The notes under the pieces: model-generated
The model's database searches: none
The model's input: only the letters and a program-made list of their open reading frames with translations
What the model was told of the DNA's origin: nothing
Made by a program: the position numbers and the translations under genes
Shown: piece by piece, positions 16,830 to 24,000 of the stretch
Position numbering within the stretch: position 1 is the first letter of the stretch
Layout of the letters: each line of letters begins with the position of its first letter
Origin: Planctomycetes bacterium B3_Pla
GTDB taxonomy: Bacteria > Planctomycetota > Phycisphaerae > Sedimentisphaerales > Anaerobacaceae
Reading direction: 5' to 3'
Length of the DNA stretch: 24,000 bases
Assembly (NCBI GenBank): GCA_005223045.1
Contig: NJBM01000009.1
Location: forward strand, 61,732-85,731

Positions 16830-17021
16830 TCATTCTTCAATTGCGATTGCCGCCGTAGGGCAATCCTCCGCTGCTTCCATGCAGGCTTCGTACAGCTCTT
16901 CGGGAACATCGTCCATTCTTACCACAGCTATCCCCTCTTCATTTAACTCGAAAGCCTCCGGGCAAACGTCAACACAAGGACCGCACCCGCAACAAAGTTC
17001 AGGATCAACATGGACTTTCAT
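16830..17021 (-). CDS. Small single-cluster [4Fe-4S]/[3Fe-4S] ferredoxin (63 aa)
   Basis: MKVHVDPELCCGCGPCVDVCPEAF...EDCPTAAIAIEE gives the Cx2Cx2Cx3CP pattern plus a distal CP. A strong SD, AAAGGAGAGACAAAATG, precedes ATG 17021. The 115-aa track ORF (to 17177) is an N-terminal over-extension. Confidence 0.8.
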   Translation of the reverse strand: MKVHVDPELCCGCGPCVDVCPEAFELNEEGIAVVRMDDVPEELYEACMEAAEDCPTAAIAIEE

Positions 17022-17222
17022 TTTGTCTCTCCTTTCAGTTTGATTTTTGGTTCTCAGCACTCTGAAATCTCTGCTGCGTACCCCTGCCGGACCAGAGCAA
17101 AAGCTGCTACCGAATCTCCTTATCAACCATCGAGTATAATTGCTGTTAGATTTCAATGCTAAAAAAGCATTACCCAAAGCTATTCAAGGCATACGCTACC
17201 CTTCTTTGAAAAGTTCAAACTC

Positions 17223-17378
17223 TTTAAGATAACCTCCGCCACCTACACAAGAGCCATTCCGAACGATCCGGGACCGTGCCGTCGTCGTAGAAGAAACCGC
17301 CGCTGACACTGCTCGTTAGCGACACACTTAGTTTCGTCGCCGTGGCTGCAAACATTGACTCCTGCCTTTTTTTTATCA
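17223..17378 (-). CDS. Unannotated 51-codon ORF, hypothetical small protein (below the ORF-track size cutoff)
   Basis: My translation is MIKKRQESMFAATATKLSVSLTSSVSGGFFYDDGTVPDRSEWLLCRWRRLS, with stop TAA at 17225..17223. GGAGAAAGGGAG lies immediately upstream of ATG 17378. An internal ATG (17354) also follows AGGCAGGAG. I recognise no family. Coding status is unproven. Confidence 0.3.
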
Positions 17379-17392
17379 TCTCCCTTTCTCCG

Positions 17393-17449
17393 AACTACAA
17401 CTTTACGAGGTGGCAGTGTCAATCATAACGCGATCCGATGCACAGGCAA
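17393..17449 (-). promoter_or_regulatory. Candidate sigma70-like promoters upstream of the small ORF and redox/arsenic gene array
   Basis: On the minus strand there are two candidates. One is TTGCCT (17449..17444), 16 nt, TATGAT (17427..17422). The other is a perfect TTGACA (17422..17417), 18 nt, TGTAGT (17398..17393). This is hexamer matching only, and the promoter consensus for this lineage is unknown. Confidence 0.3.
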
Positions 17450-17550
17450 GTTTTTTTGAGATGTTAAATTGGGAAAAAAGTCTTCAAAGGCGGCTGTCTG
17501 CTCCTGAAACTCTAAACAGAGGCACAAATTCAAGGCAAAAGGAAAAAGGT

Positions 17551-17567
17551 AAAAGCTTTTGGCTTTT
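17551..17567 (-). terminator. Weak hairpin plus T-rich tract downstream of the response-regulator gene
   Basis: The minus strand reads AAAAGC-CAAAA-GCTTTT, followed by ACCTTTTTCCTTTTGCC, starting 10 nt after the stop at 17578. The stem is only 6 bp and AT-rich, so this is a marginal intrinsic terminator. Confidence 0.25.
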
Positions 17568-17577
17568 TACTTTATGA

Positions 17578-18297
17578 CTATCCGCTGTTGCCGGAACTGC
17601 TTGCCCATTGGATGGCGTGCTGAAGCAGCTCGGCAGCGTCCGTCAGATCCAACTTGTCCTTGATATGCGCCCTGTAGGTCTCGATCGTTTTTACACTCAG
17701 GTGCAGGCGCTCGGAAATCTGGCGAGTCCCGTAGCCCCTGCCGATTAAATGAAACACTTCCAATTCACGGTCGCTCAGGCGCTCAACCGGAGAGGCCGTT
17801 GTCTCTGTTTGGCCTGTGACCAATTTGCGCACCATTCTCGTAGCCATTCTATCGCTGACGTATATCTCGCCGCCCAGGATCCTGCGCATTGCCACGATAA
17901 CATTTTCTGTGGCTTCCTGTTTCATGATATACCCCATGGCCCCGGCGCGGAGAGCACGCTCGGCATACAACGACTCATCGTGCATAGAGAGCGCCAGAAC
18001 CGGCAGGTTGGGGTGCTGCGAATTGATATCTTTTATCAGTTCCAGGCCGCTTGTCTCTTTGAGGGAAATGTCAACAACAGCCATGTTGGGCTTCATTTCC
18101 TTGATCGCTTTCATTGCCTGATGGGCATCCTCTGCTTGTCCACAGACTTCAAGGTCGCTCTCGTGATTGACAAGCTCTGCAAGGCCCTGCCTAACGATAG
18201 GATGGTCATCCACAATGAGGATCTTAGCTCTATTCTCAGTTGTCTTGTCTGACTGTTTTTTTTGAGCCATAATTTGCCTTTGCGTTGTAGTTAGCAT
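17578..18297 (-). CDS. NarL/FixJ-type response regulator (REC plus LuxR/GerE HTH)
   Basis: The receiver domain is KILIVDDHPIVRQGL...MAVVDISL...PVLALSMH. The HTH is LSDRELEVFHLIGRGYGTRQISERLHLSVKTIETYRAHIKDKL. ATG 18297 overlaps the kinase stop (ATGCTAA). The alternative start ATG 18270 (MAQKKQ) is equally possible. Confidence 0.85.
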   Translation of the reverse strand: MLTTTQRQIMAQKKQSDKTTENRAKILIVDDHPIVRQGLAELVNHESDLEVCGQAEDAHQAMKAIKEMKPNMAVVDISLKETSGLELIKDINSQHPNLPVLALSMHDESLYAERALRAGAMGYIMKQEATENVIVAMRRILGGEIYVSDRMATRMVRKLVTGQTETTASPVERLSDRELEVFHLIGRGYGTRQISERLHLSVKTIETYRAHIKDKLDLTDAAELLQHAIQWASSSGNSG

Positions 18298-21200
18298 CTC
18301 TTGTCCGGAAACGAACAGATCACCATTGTGCCGCCCTCAACTCTTTTGTGAACATCGAGCGAAGCGCCGATTATGTCGGCACGGTGATCCATGATCTGCA
18401 GCCCCATACCCGTGCCTCTGGCCTCTAATTCCGCCGGAAAATCCAGTCCGTCATTTTGGACTGTGAGGACAAGATCATCTTTTCGACGAGCCAATTCTAC
18501 CGCGATGCTATTTGTCTTGCCGTGTTTGATCGCGTTGGTGATGGCTTCCTGGGTGATGCGATAAAGATGCGTTGCCACTTCGGTATCATCTATTGGAACG
18601 GGCCCGTCACATTTGAAAACACAATCGATTCCGAACAGCTTCTTTGTAGTTGCGGCAAGCTCCTGCAATGCAACCGTTAAGCTGCCGGCATCCAGGTCTA
18701 TAGGATGAAGTCCCTTCGCAAGACCTCGTGTCTGGTCCATCGCCTCGTTGACAAGATTCTTGATTTCCGTGGCATCGGTCGCTTCACCCGGCAACTTGCC
18801 GGCGAGCTTCTGCTCCAGGGCCTTCGTCATAAAGGCGATGCCGGTAAACTGCTGGCCGATGCTGTCGTGCAGCTCCCGCCCTATTCGGCGCTGCTCCCGC
18901 TCACTGATATTCAGGATCTCCTTCTCCAGGCGCTTTCGCTGTTCGATTTGCTGCAGCAGCCTCTCGTTTGCCTGGGTCAATTCTGCTGTTCGCGTCTGAA
19001 CCAGCTCTTCGAGGTGACTTCGATATTCCCGGAGATCTTCTTCGGCATGCTTGCGGTCGGTAATATCCATGCCATAGACATTGATATATTCGGCGCCGAC
19101 AATATGTGCCATTATCAGAGAAAAGATTCTGTCTTTGCACGGGGCTTCAAGGGTTTTGCTCAGGCCCGATTCAAATATCGACAAAACGTATCGGCGCCAA
19201 TGTTCGGGCGCCGGTCCGCCGACTTTGCAGCCCCAGTTTTCCAAGAGTTCGGAACCGGCGGTGTTCGCATAAAGCACCGTACCGTCTTTGGTAATGCGCA
19301 GGACTGGGTGCGGATTCTCAGAAGGAAACTTTGCTATGTTCTCTACCTCACGCTCGGCCCGGATCCTTGCCATGCCTATGCCGATGCTGGCGCCGATTTC
19401 CTCAAAAGACCGTACCATCTCGGGCGTAAAACGTCCCGGTCGAGTGTCATTGAGCTGTAACAATCCCACAATCTCCTCGCCCGAACGCAGCGCGATCAAG
19501 GCTACCGATTCATATCCGGCCCGGTTACACTGGTTTCGTATGGAACCCTGGATAGCTTCTTGTGGGTCGCAGGCCACCAATTCTGTAGTGTTGTTGGTCC
19601 AAAAACTTCCACCTTCTGTGAAAAACGGCAAAGTCGCGTCGGCGCGACCGGTCAAAACGTTGCCGCACACACACTCAATGACCGGGCGCCCCGACGAATC
19701 GTAAGTCAGCTCGCCGGCTTCGTCGCGGCAACAGAGGTAATTCTCGGCTTTGATAAAATCGTCCGAAAAACCGTCCACCGCAAGATATGGAAAATCATCG
19801 CCCTGGCGATGGCGAATCCCAACGGCGTCAAGATCGGTGGACTCCTTAATAAGCCTGAGAACATCACGGACCAAATCAACTTCTTCACTTTCACGGTTGA
19901 GACACTCGAGGATTTGCCCGGCTAATTGCTGGTGTGTTTCTATTTCTTTGCGTTCGCTGATGTCACGAACTATGGCCAGCAGGCACTTGCGGCCCTCGAT
20001 GACCGCCAGCCTGAGATTGATTTCCGTCCAGAATTTGCTGCCTGTCTTACGTTTACTGAGCGTCTCGAAAAGCTGTGGCTCTTCGGCGACTACCTCTTTT
20101 ACACGTTGCAGCGCGCTTTCCTGTGTGGGTGCCGGTACATCTGCGGTGAGATCCGGCACCGTAATTTTCTCGAACTCCTGCTGAGTGTAGCCAAACATTT
20201 GACATGCTTTACGGTTGACGCTGAGTATTCTCAGAGTCTCGACATCATGAACGAGTATAGCATCGTTTGCACTGTTGAAGATGGCCCTATAGTTGGCTTC
20301 GGATTTCTGAAGGGCCTCCTCGGCGCGTTTGCGCCCGAGCAACCGCCACGTATCACTCATCATTGATGTAACCGCGCGGACGTCCGATTCGTCGTAATCG
20401 CTCACCTTGTTCGCGATCCCTACTACGGCAACGATAAGATCCCCATCAAAAACAGGAACACCTAAGAATCGCTCGATCGGAATGTGCCCTTGCGGAAAAC
20501 CTCTTTTCGCAGGATGAGGGGCATCATAGTCGTTGACAATGACAGGTTTTCTCTGCCGAACGGGCTCTCCCCACAGGCCCGCCTCAGCTATGGGAAACCG
20601 CATTGGCTGTTCGGCAATAGCGCATTGCTCCATCGTCTCGACCGACCAGTTGTCCACACTCATTATCGATTCGTCGTCGTTCATAAAGCCGACGAACGCA
20701 AAGCGACTTCGGGTAATCTTAATTACCTGTTCCCGCACAAAGTCCAGAATCTTCCGCTGAGAGGCTTCCGCCATTTTGTTGAGATCCAGCAAGGCTTGCA
20801 GTCTCATCTCATGGATCTTCAGCACCTTATCCGCCTTCTCTCGATCGGAGCTCTCGATGACTTTCCACTCACCGTTCTTCTTGATAAGGGCGAACTGATG
20901 ATTGCTCACCACATCTATGATTTCTGAAGTGGTGCATTTATCGAGAGAATAGGTACAAATGCCCAACATTCTATATTTGCCCACGCCATTGTTTGCAACT
21001 GATTCATAATGAGCGAACTTCTCCCAATCTTTATTCTCGAGCCAAAAGGCGTTTCCCGTAAAGCGAAGTCCGTCAAATCCTCTTTCCAGGGCGTGCCTCT
21101 CTTTGTCAATCCACGCCTGCAACACCCTGTCACAATCAAGACGTCCTGACTTCATGTACCACTGATCGTGACCAATTATTTCTATCTGGCCTTTCTTAAC

Positions 21201-21431
21201 GTAATCGTCTAAGTCTCTTACCTTCTTTTTTAAGGCAACATGGGCATCCTCAGCGCCGAGCGGCTCCGAAGCAACCCATATACATAATTCATTATTCTCC
21301 AATCCCGCCTTGAAATAAGGAACCAGAACGTCGATAAGGTCCTCTTTGGTCCTGTAGAACTGACAGAAGTGTGTGCCCCAGGGAACGTTACCCACAGCGC
21401 CTATTGCCGTTTTTCTTGTTTCTGCTCCCAT
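18291..21431 (-). CDS. Soluble hybrid-architecture sensor histidine kinase: MEDS, GAF, PAS, GAF, PAS-like, HisKA_3, HATPase_c
   Basis: The N-terminus GTHFCQFYRTKEDLIDVLVPYFKAGLENNELCIWV...GLRFTGNAFWL...ICTYSL matches the MEDS domain. The PAS region includes ANYRAIFNSANDAILVHD...RDISERKE. The PAS-like region is FPSENPHPVLRITKDGTVLYANTAG...MDITDRKHAE. The H-box of HisKA_3 type is EREQRRIGRELHDSIGQQ. The ATPase region includes ITNAIKHG...NDGLDF...GTGMGLQIM. I saw no hydrophobic TM segment. Confidence 0.85.
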   Translation of the reverse strand: MGAETRKTAIGAVGNVPWGTHFCQFYRTKEDLIDVLVPYFKAGLENNELCIWVASEPLGAEDAHVALKKKVRDLDDYVKKGQIEIIGHDQWYMKSGRLDCDRVLQAWIDKERHALERGFDGLRFTGNAFWLENKDWEKFAHYESVANNGVGKYRMLGICTYSLDKCTTSEIIDVVSNHQFALIKKNGEWKVIESSDREKADKVLKIHEMRLQALLDLNKMAEASQRKILDFVREQVIKITRSRFAFVGFMNDDESIMSVDNWSVETMEQCAIAEQPMRFPIAEAGLWGEPVRQRKPVIVNDYDAPHPAKRGFPQGHIPIERFLGVPVFDGDLIVAVVGIANKVSDYDESDVRAVTSMMSDTWRLLGRKRAEEALQKSEANYRAIFNSANDAILVHDVETLRILSVNRKACQMFGYTQQEFEKITVPDLTADVPAPTQESALQRVKEVVAEEPQLFETLSKRKTGSKFWTEINLRLAVIEGRKCLLAIVRDISERKEIETHQQLAGQILECLNRESEEVDLVRDVLRLIKESTDLDAVGIRHRQGDDFPYLAVDGFSDDFIKAENYLCCRDEAGELTYDSSGRPVIECVCGNVLTGRADATLPFFTEGGSFWTNNTTELVACDPQEAIQGSIRNQCNRAGYESVALIALRSGEEIVGLLQLNDTRPGRFTPEMVRSFEEIGASIGIGMARIRAEREVENIAKFPSENPHPVLRITKDGTVLYANTAGSELLENWGCKVGGPAPEHWRRYVLSIFESGLSKTLEAPCKDRIFSLIMAHIVGAEYINVYGMDITDRKHAEEDLREYRSHLEELVQTRTAELTQANERLLQQIEQRKRLEKEILNISEREQRRIGRELHDSIGQQFTGIAFMTKALEQKLAGKLPGEATDATEIKNLVNEAMDQTRGLAKGLHPIDLDAGSLTVALQELAATTKKLFGIDCVFKCDGPVPIDDTEVATHLYRITQEAITNAIKHGKTNSIAVELARRKDDLVLTVQNDGLDFPAELEARGTGMGLQIMDHRADIIGASLDVHKRVEGGTMVICSFPDKRC

Positions 21432-21480
21432 GTCCCCTTGACCCCGGATAGCTTTCTCATCATTTTAATATAACCACCCC

Positions 21481-21509
21481 ATAATAGACTACCGTCCGGC
21501 AAAAATCAA
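21481..21509 (-). promoter_or_regulatory. Candidate sigma70-like promoter for the kinase/regulator pair
   Basis: On the minus strand: TTGATT (21509..21504), 17 nt, TATTAT (21486..21481). This lies about 50 nt upstream of ATG 21431, which is preceded by AAGGGG. Hexamer matching only. Confidence 0.3.
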
Positions 21510-21534
21510 CTGAATTTGCCTCGTGCCGTAACGT

Positions 21535-23865
21535 TCATTTGCCCTGCTTCGTCATTGACAGCGGGGCCGCCCTGGGTGTGCTGCCCCACTGTTTGTTTGG
21601 ATTTGGGCCCATTTGCAGAACTAATCTGCCGCCATCGGCAAGCTGGCGATGGTAAAACCACGGCTTGTTCAAAGCCTTGCCGTCAAGCGTCGCCGACTGG
21701 ATGAATACATTGTTCTTTGAGTTGTTCTTAGCTTCGATTACAAACTGCTCGCCCTTGTAGTATCTGCCGTCCAGGTAAATAGTTATCTTGTCGAATATAG
21801 GGCCGGAGACCTCGTAAGTTGGCTCGGTCGCTGCGCCACCGTCCATCTCGAACAGCCCCATGGCGCTCATCACATACCAGGCTCCCATCTGGCCCTGGTC
21901 CTCGTCGCCCGGGTAGCCGTCAATCGGACCGGTCCCGTAGTAGTTTTCCGCTATCTGGCGGACCCACTTCTGGGTCAGCCAGGGAGCGTCCGAGAAGTTG
22001 AAAAGCCAAGCCGACTGCATGTTCGGCTGATTCCCGTGGTTGATTGGAAAATCCGCAAAACGATCGTTAGTTGCATTGAAGTTGCTTCCTCGAGATTTCT
22101 CCAGGCCATCCCTCAATCTTCTGTTGAATTCATCGCGCCCGAGCAAATCCACAAGACCCTTTACATCGTGGGGGGCAAACCATGTGAACTGCCACGAATT
22201 GCCCTCCACAAAGCCTTTACCGGAGAACGGAGAAAAGTCCTTGACCCACGAGCCATCCCGGTGCCTCTGGCGCATATATCCTACCGAAGGATCGAACACA
22301 TTCTGGTAGTTGGCCGCTCTCCTCATAAAATGCTCGGCGTCGTCTTGCTTGCCTAAGGCTTTCGCCATCTGAGCTACGCACCAGTCATCGTATGCATATT
22401 CCAACGTATTGGATACGGGGCCTTTCTCCACGGGCACATATCCAAGCTCCATATAAGATTTCAACTGGCGATTACCAACGTAACCGCCGCCTTCGTGAGG
22501 TCTGCCGGGCGTGGTTTGAATGTGCCGTATTGCCTTGTAAGCTTTCTCGACGTCGAAATTGCGGATGCCCTTTTGATAAGCGCTTACAATCAGAGCAATC
22601 TCGTGCGATGCAACCATGATGCTGGAGTATTCGATGCCGGCGGGACCTTTCGCCAGCCATCCGCCCCGATCATATATCTCCAGCAGGGACTCGACCCATT
22701 TGTTGGCGATGTCAGGCGTGACCAATGTCCACAACTGATTGAGGTTCCAGAAGGTGTTCCAGAAAGCGTCACAGCCGTAAACAGGCGAATCCGGATCTTC
22801 CAGTTGCTGCACGTTTTCATACATGTCCACGTACTTTCCGTTTACGTCGCTCAGGATCGTCCGCGCACAATAAGAACGGTACAGATTCGTGTAGAACTTT
22901 ACTCTGTCGGCTTCGGTGCCTCCTTCGATTCTTATCTTGCTCAACAGATCGTTCCACGTGCTGCGGGCCTGATTCCTGACCGCGTCGAAGTCCCACCCGA
23001 ATCGGGACATCTCGGTTTGCAGATTCAGCCGGGCCTGTTCGATACTCACCAGCGAAATGCCGGCCTTTATCTTGATAAGTTCGTCTTTTGCTGTGGAATA
23101 ACCCACAAAAGCGCCGATATCTCCCTGCCCGGAAATCTTATCTACGTCCCGGTGGATCGTCTCGCCCGTCCAACCTCCGAACGACTCAAAAGGCTTGCTG
23201 AACTTTACTACGAAGTGGATGGTGTACTCATTCCATTTTGCGTACCTGCCGGCCTGCTGTTTGGAGTAGCCCACAATTTCAGTGTCACTTATCTTGTCGA
23301 TGCGAGCATCGTGAACTTCGAAGCCATACTCTGTGGGGAATTTGAGGTCTAAGAGGATATAGGCTTCGTCTGCTTTGGGAAACGTATATCGCTGGAAGCC
23401 TGCTCTGGTCGTCGAAGTCAGTTCGGCGCGGATACCGTAATCAGCGAGAGTCACAGCGTAATATCCCGGCGATGCAACTTCCGTATCGTGGCTGAATCTC
23501 GATCTGTAGCCTCCGTCCGGATCGTTTTCCGCTCCCGGGATTGTCTTGAGTTTGCCCGTAACAGGCATGGTCAAAAGGCCGGCCATCGTCCACGAGTGAA
23601 GATGGCTAAAGCCGGCGATGTTTTCAATCGTATATTCATACCCGGCTTTCCAGCTTTGCTTTTGATTATCGGGGCTGAGCTTTACCATACTAAAGGGTGT
23701 GCTCGGGCCGGGATATAACATCCACCGTGAGCTGGCTGTCCCAAGCAACGTATCCACCCAATCGACAGGCTGTTTCTTTTCAGCCGCGAGAAGGCTGGAC
23801 GAATTCCCTGCTGTCAACGAAAGCATCAATACGACAAACAATAAAGACGCATATCTTCCAGACAT
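21535..23865 (-). CDS. Secreted glycoside hydrolase family 92 (exo-alpha-mannosidase)
   Basis: ORF 21535..23943. The start is moved to ATG 23865 (MSGRYASLLFVVLMLSLTAGNSSS, a signal peptide) after GGAAGGAGAGAGAA, because the longer ORF overlaps the stop of the upstream paralogue. GH92 signatures are present: GYEYTIENIAGFSHLH, GGWLAKGP, LEYAYDDWCVAQMA, EGNSWQFTWFAPHD, GNQPNMQSAWLFN, YPGDEDQGQMGAWYVMSAMGLF. Confidence 0.9.
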   Translation of the reverse strand: MSGRYASLLFVVLMLSLTAGNSSSLLAAEKKQPVDWVDTLLGTASSRWMLYPGPSTPFSMVKLSPDNQKQSWKAGYEYTIENIAGFSHLHSWTMAGLLTMPVTGKLKTIPGAENDPDGGYRSRFSHDTEVASPGYYAVTLADYGIRAELTSTTRAGFQRYTFPKADEAYILLDLKFPTEYGFEVHDARIDKISDTEIVGYSKQQAGRYAKWNEYTIHFVVKFSKPFESFGGWTGETIHRDVDKISGQGDIGAFVGYSTAKDELIKIKAGISLVSIEQARLNLQTEMSRFGWDFDAVRNQARSTWNDLLSKIRIEGGTEADRVKFYTNLYRSYCARTILSDVNGKYVDMYENVQQLEDPDSPVYGCDAFWNTFWNLNQLWTLVTPDIANKWVESLLEIYDRGGWLAKGPAGIEYSSIMVASHEIALIVSAYQKGIRNFDVEKAYKAIRHIQTTPGRPHEGGGYVGNRQLKSYMELGYVPVEKGPVSNTLEYAYDDWCVAQMAKALGKQDDAEHFMRRAANYQNVFDPSVGYMRQRHRDGSWVKDFSPFSGKGFVEGNSWQFTWFAPHDVKGLVDLLGRDEFNRRLRDGLEKSRGSNFNATNDRFADFPINHGNQPNMQSAWLFNFSDAPWLTQKWVRQIAENYYGTGPIDGYPGDEDQGQMGAWYVMSAMGLFEMDGGAATEPTYEVSGPIFDKITIYLDGRYYKGEQFVIEAKNNSKNNVFIQSATLDGKALNKPWFYHRQLADGGRLVLQMGPNPNKQWGSTPRAAPLSMTKQGK
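21551..21646 (-). repeat. Copy A of the conserved 3'-coding segment shared by the tandem GH92 genes
   Basis: An ungapped by-eye alignment with 23905..24000 gives 76 of 96 identical bases. Confidence 0.8.
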
Positions 23866-23897
23866 TTCTCTCTCCTTCCAAATTATATTTACTGACT

Positions 23898-24000
23898 CTA
23901 CTTTGTCATCGACGGTGGAGCCGCTCCGGGGGCGCTGCCCCATTTCTTGTTTGGCTCCTGGCCCATTTGCAGAATTAGCTTGCCACCATCGGCAAGCTGG
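23898..24000 (-). CDS. C-terminal 33 codons of a second GH92 paralogue (5' part lies beyond the window)
   Basis: My reverse-strand translation is QLADGGKLILQMGQEPNKKWGSAPGAAPPSMTK with stop TAG at 23900..23898. It aligns with QLADGGRLVLQMGPNPNKQWGSTPRAAPLSMTK at the C-terminus of the 21535..23865 gene. Confidence 0.7.
   Translation of the reverse strand, partial: QLADGGKLILQMGQEPNKKWGSAPGAAPPSMTK
23905..24000 (-). repeat. Copy B of the conserved 3'-coding segment shared by the tandem GH92 genes
   Basis: An ungapped by-eye alignment with 21551..21646 gives 76 of 96 identical bases. The similarity presumably continues beyond the window edge. Confidence 0.8.

Noticed and set aside
17022-17177. 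Extension of the ferredoxin ORF to 115 aa
   Set aside because: The extra 52 residues have no ferredoxin similarity. The internal ATG 17021 has a near-perfect SD and yields a standard 63-aa single-cluster ferredoxin.
17461-17577. 38-codon plus-strand ORF (MLNWEKSLQRRLSAPETLNRGTNSRQKEKGKSFWLFTL) in the long gap
   Set aside because: It has no convincing SD, its composition is Lys/Arg-rich and low in complexity, and it runs antisense to the putative terminator. It is less credible than the 51-codon minus-strand ORF.
18705-19460. 251-aa plus-strand ORF and other plus-strand ORFs within 17749..20927
   Set aside because: They are antisense to the histidine kinase and response regulator genes and have no recognisable domains.
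21498-21520. Hairpin GGCAAA-11 nt-TTTGCC downstream of the GH92 stop, considered as an intrinsic terminator
   Set aside because: The stem is only 6 bp with a large loop. On the minus strand no U-tract follows (GGACGG follows instead). It also overlaps the candidate -35 element of the kinase promoter.
22495-23352. 285-aa plus-strand ORF
   Set aside because: It is antisense to the GH92 gene, whose catalytic-domain motifs are continuous across this interval.
23866-23943. N-terminal 26-codon extension of the GH92 ORF (start 23943)
   Set aside because: It overlaps the stop (23898) of the upstream GH92 paralogue. ATG 23865 has a strong SD and starts a typical signal peptide.
1-24000. Scan for CRISPR arrays, tRNA/rRNA genes, IS elements, integrases, toxin-antitoxin or known defence-system genes
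   Set aside because: I could see no regularly spaced direct repeats, no tRNA-like or rRNA-like conserved strings, and no transposase, integrase or nuclease-type ORFs. All long ORFs are accounted for by metabolic, transport or signalling genes.

Overview
This is a 24 kb stretch of bacterial chromosome with 20 supportable protein-coding genes. I found no rRNA, tRNA, CRISPR array, transposase or integrase. The gene content is a DUF1559 prepilin-like protein, Tat-signal Gfo/Idh/MocA oxidoreductases, a giant exported DUF1080-ThuA-HEAT-discoidin protein, a BNR propeller and tandem GH92s. That mix suggests a PVC-type glycan degrader (Planctomycetota, Lentisphaerota or Kiritimatiellota-like); this is an inference only. 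The window has four blocks. (i) 1-11177 is an exported glycan-processing block. It holds a ThuB-like dehydrogenase next to the ThuA/DUF1080 fusion, then a divergent pair of two-gene units: sodium:solute symporter with a DapB-like dehydrogenase, and a BNR sialidase-like protein with a second Tat oxidoreductase. (ii) 11183-17021 holds eight minus-strand genes separated by gaps of 45 nt or less. They run ferredoxin, Zn-ADH, PRX-like thioredoxin, ferritin-like diiron protein, AzoR, GT2, ArsM, radical-SAM ArsS. This puts an arsenosugar biosynthesis core directly behind five redox proteins. ArsM and ArsS look clearly AT-richer than their neighbours in spot counts. (iii) 17578-21431 encodes a soluble MEDS-GAF-PAS-GAF-PAS-HisKA_3 histidine kinase and a NarL-type regulator. 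A 555-nt ORF-poor gap separates this pair from block ii. The gap contains promoter-like hexamers and an unannotated 51-codon ORF with a strong Shine-Dalgarno sequence. (iv) 21535-24000 holds tandem GH92 alpha-mannosidase paralogues. The best candidates for something undescribed are the extended arsenosugar/redox array and the ThuB-like/DUF1080-ThuA fusion module. All functions are inferred from motifs I recognised by eye; no searches were run.
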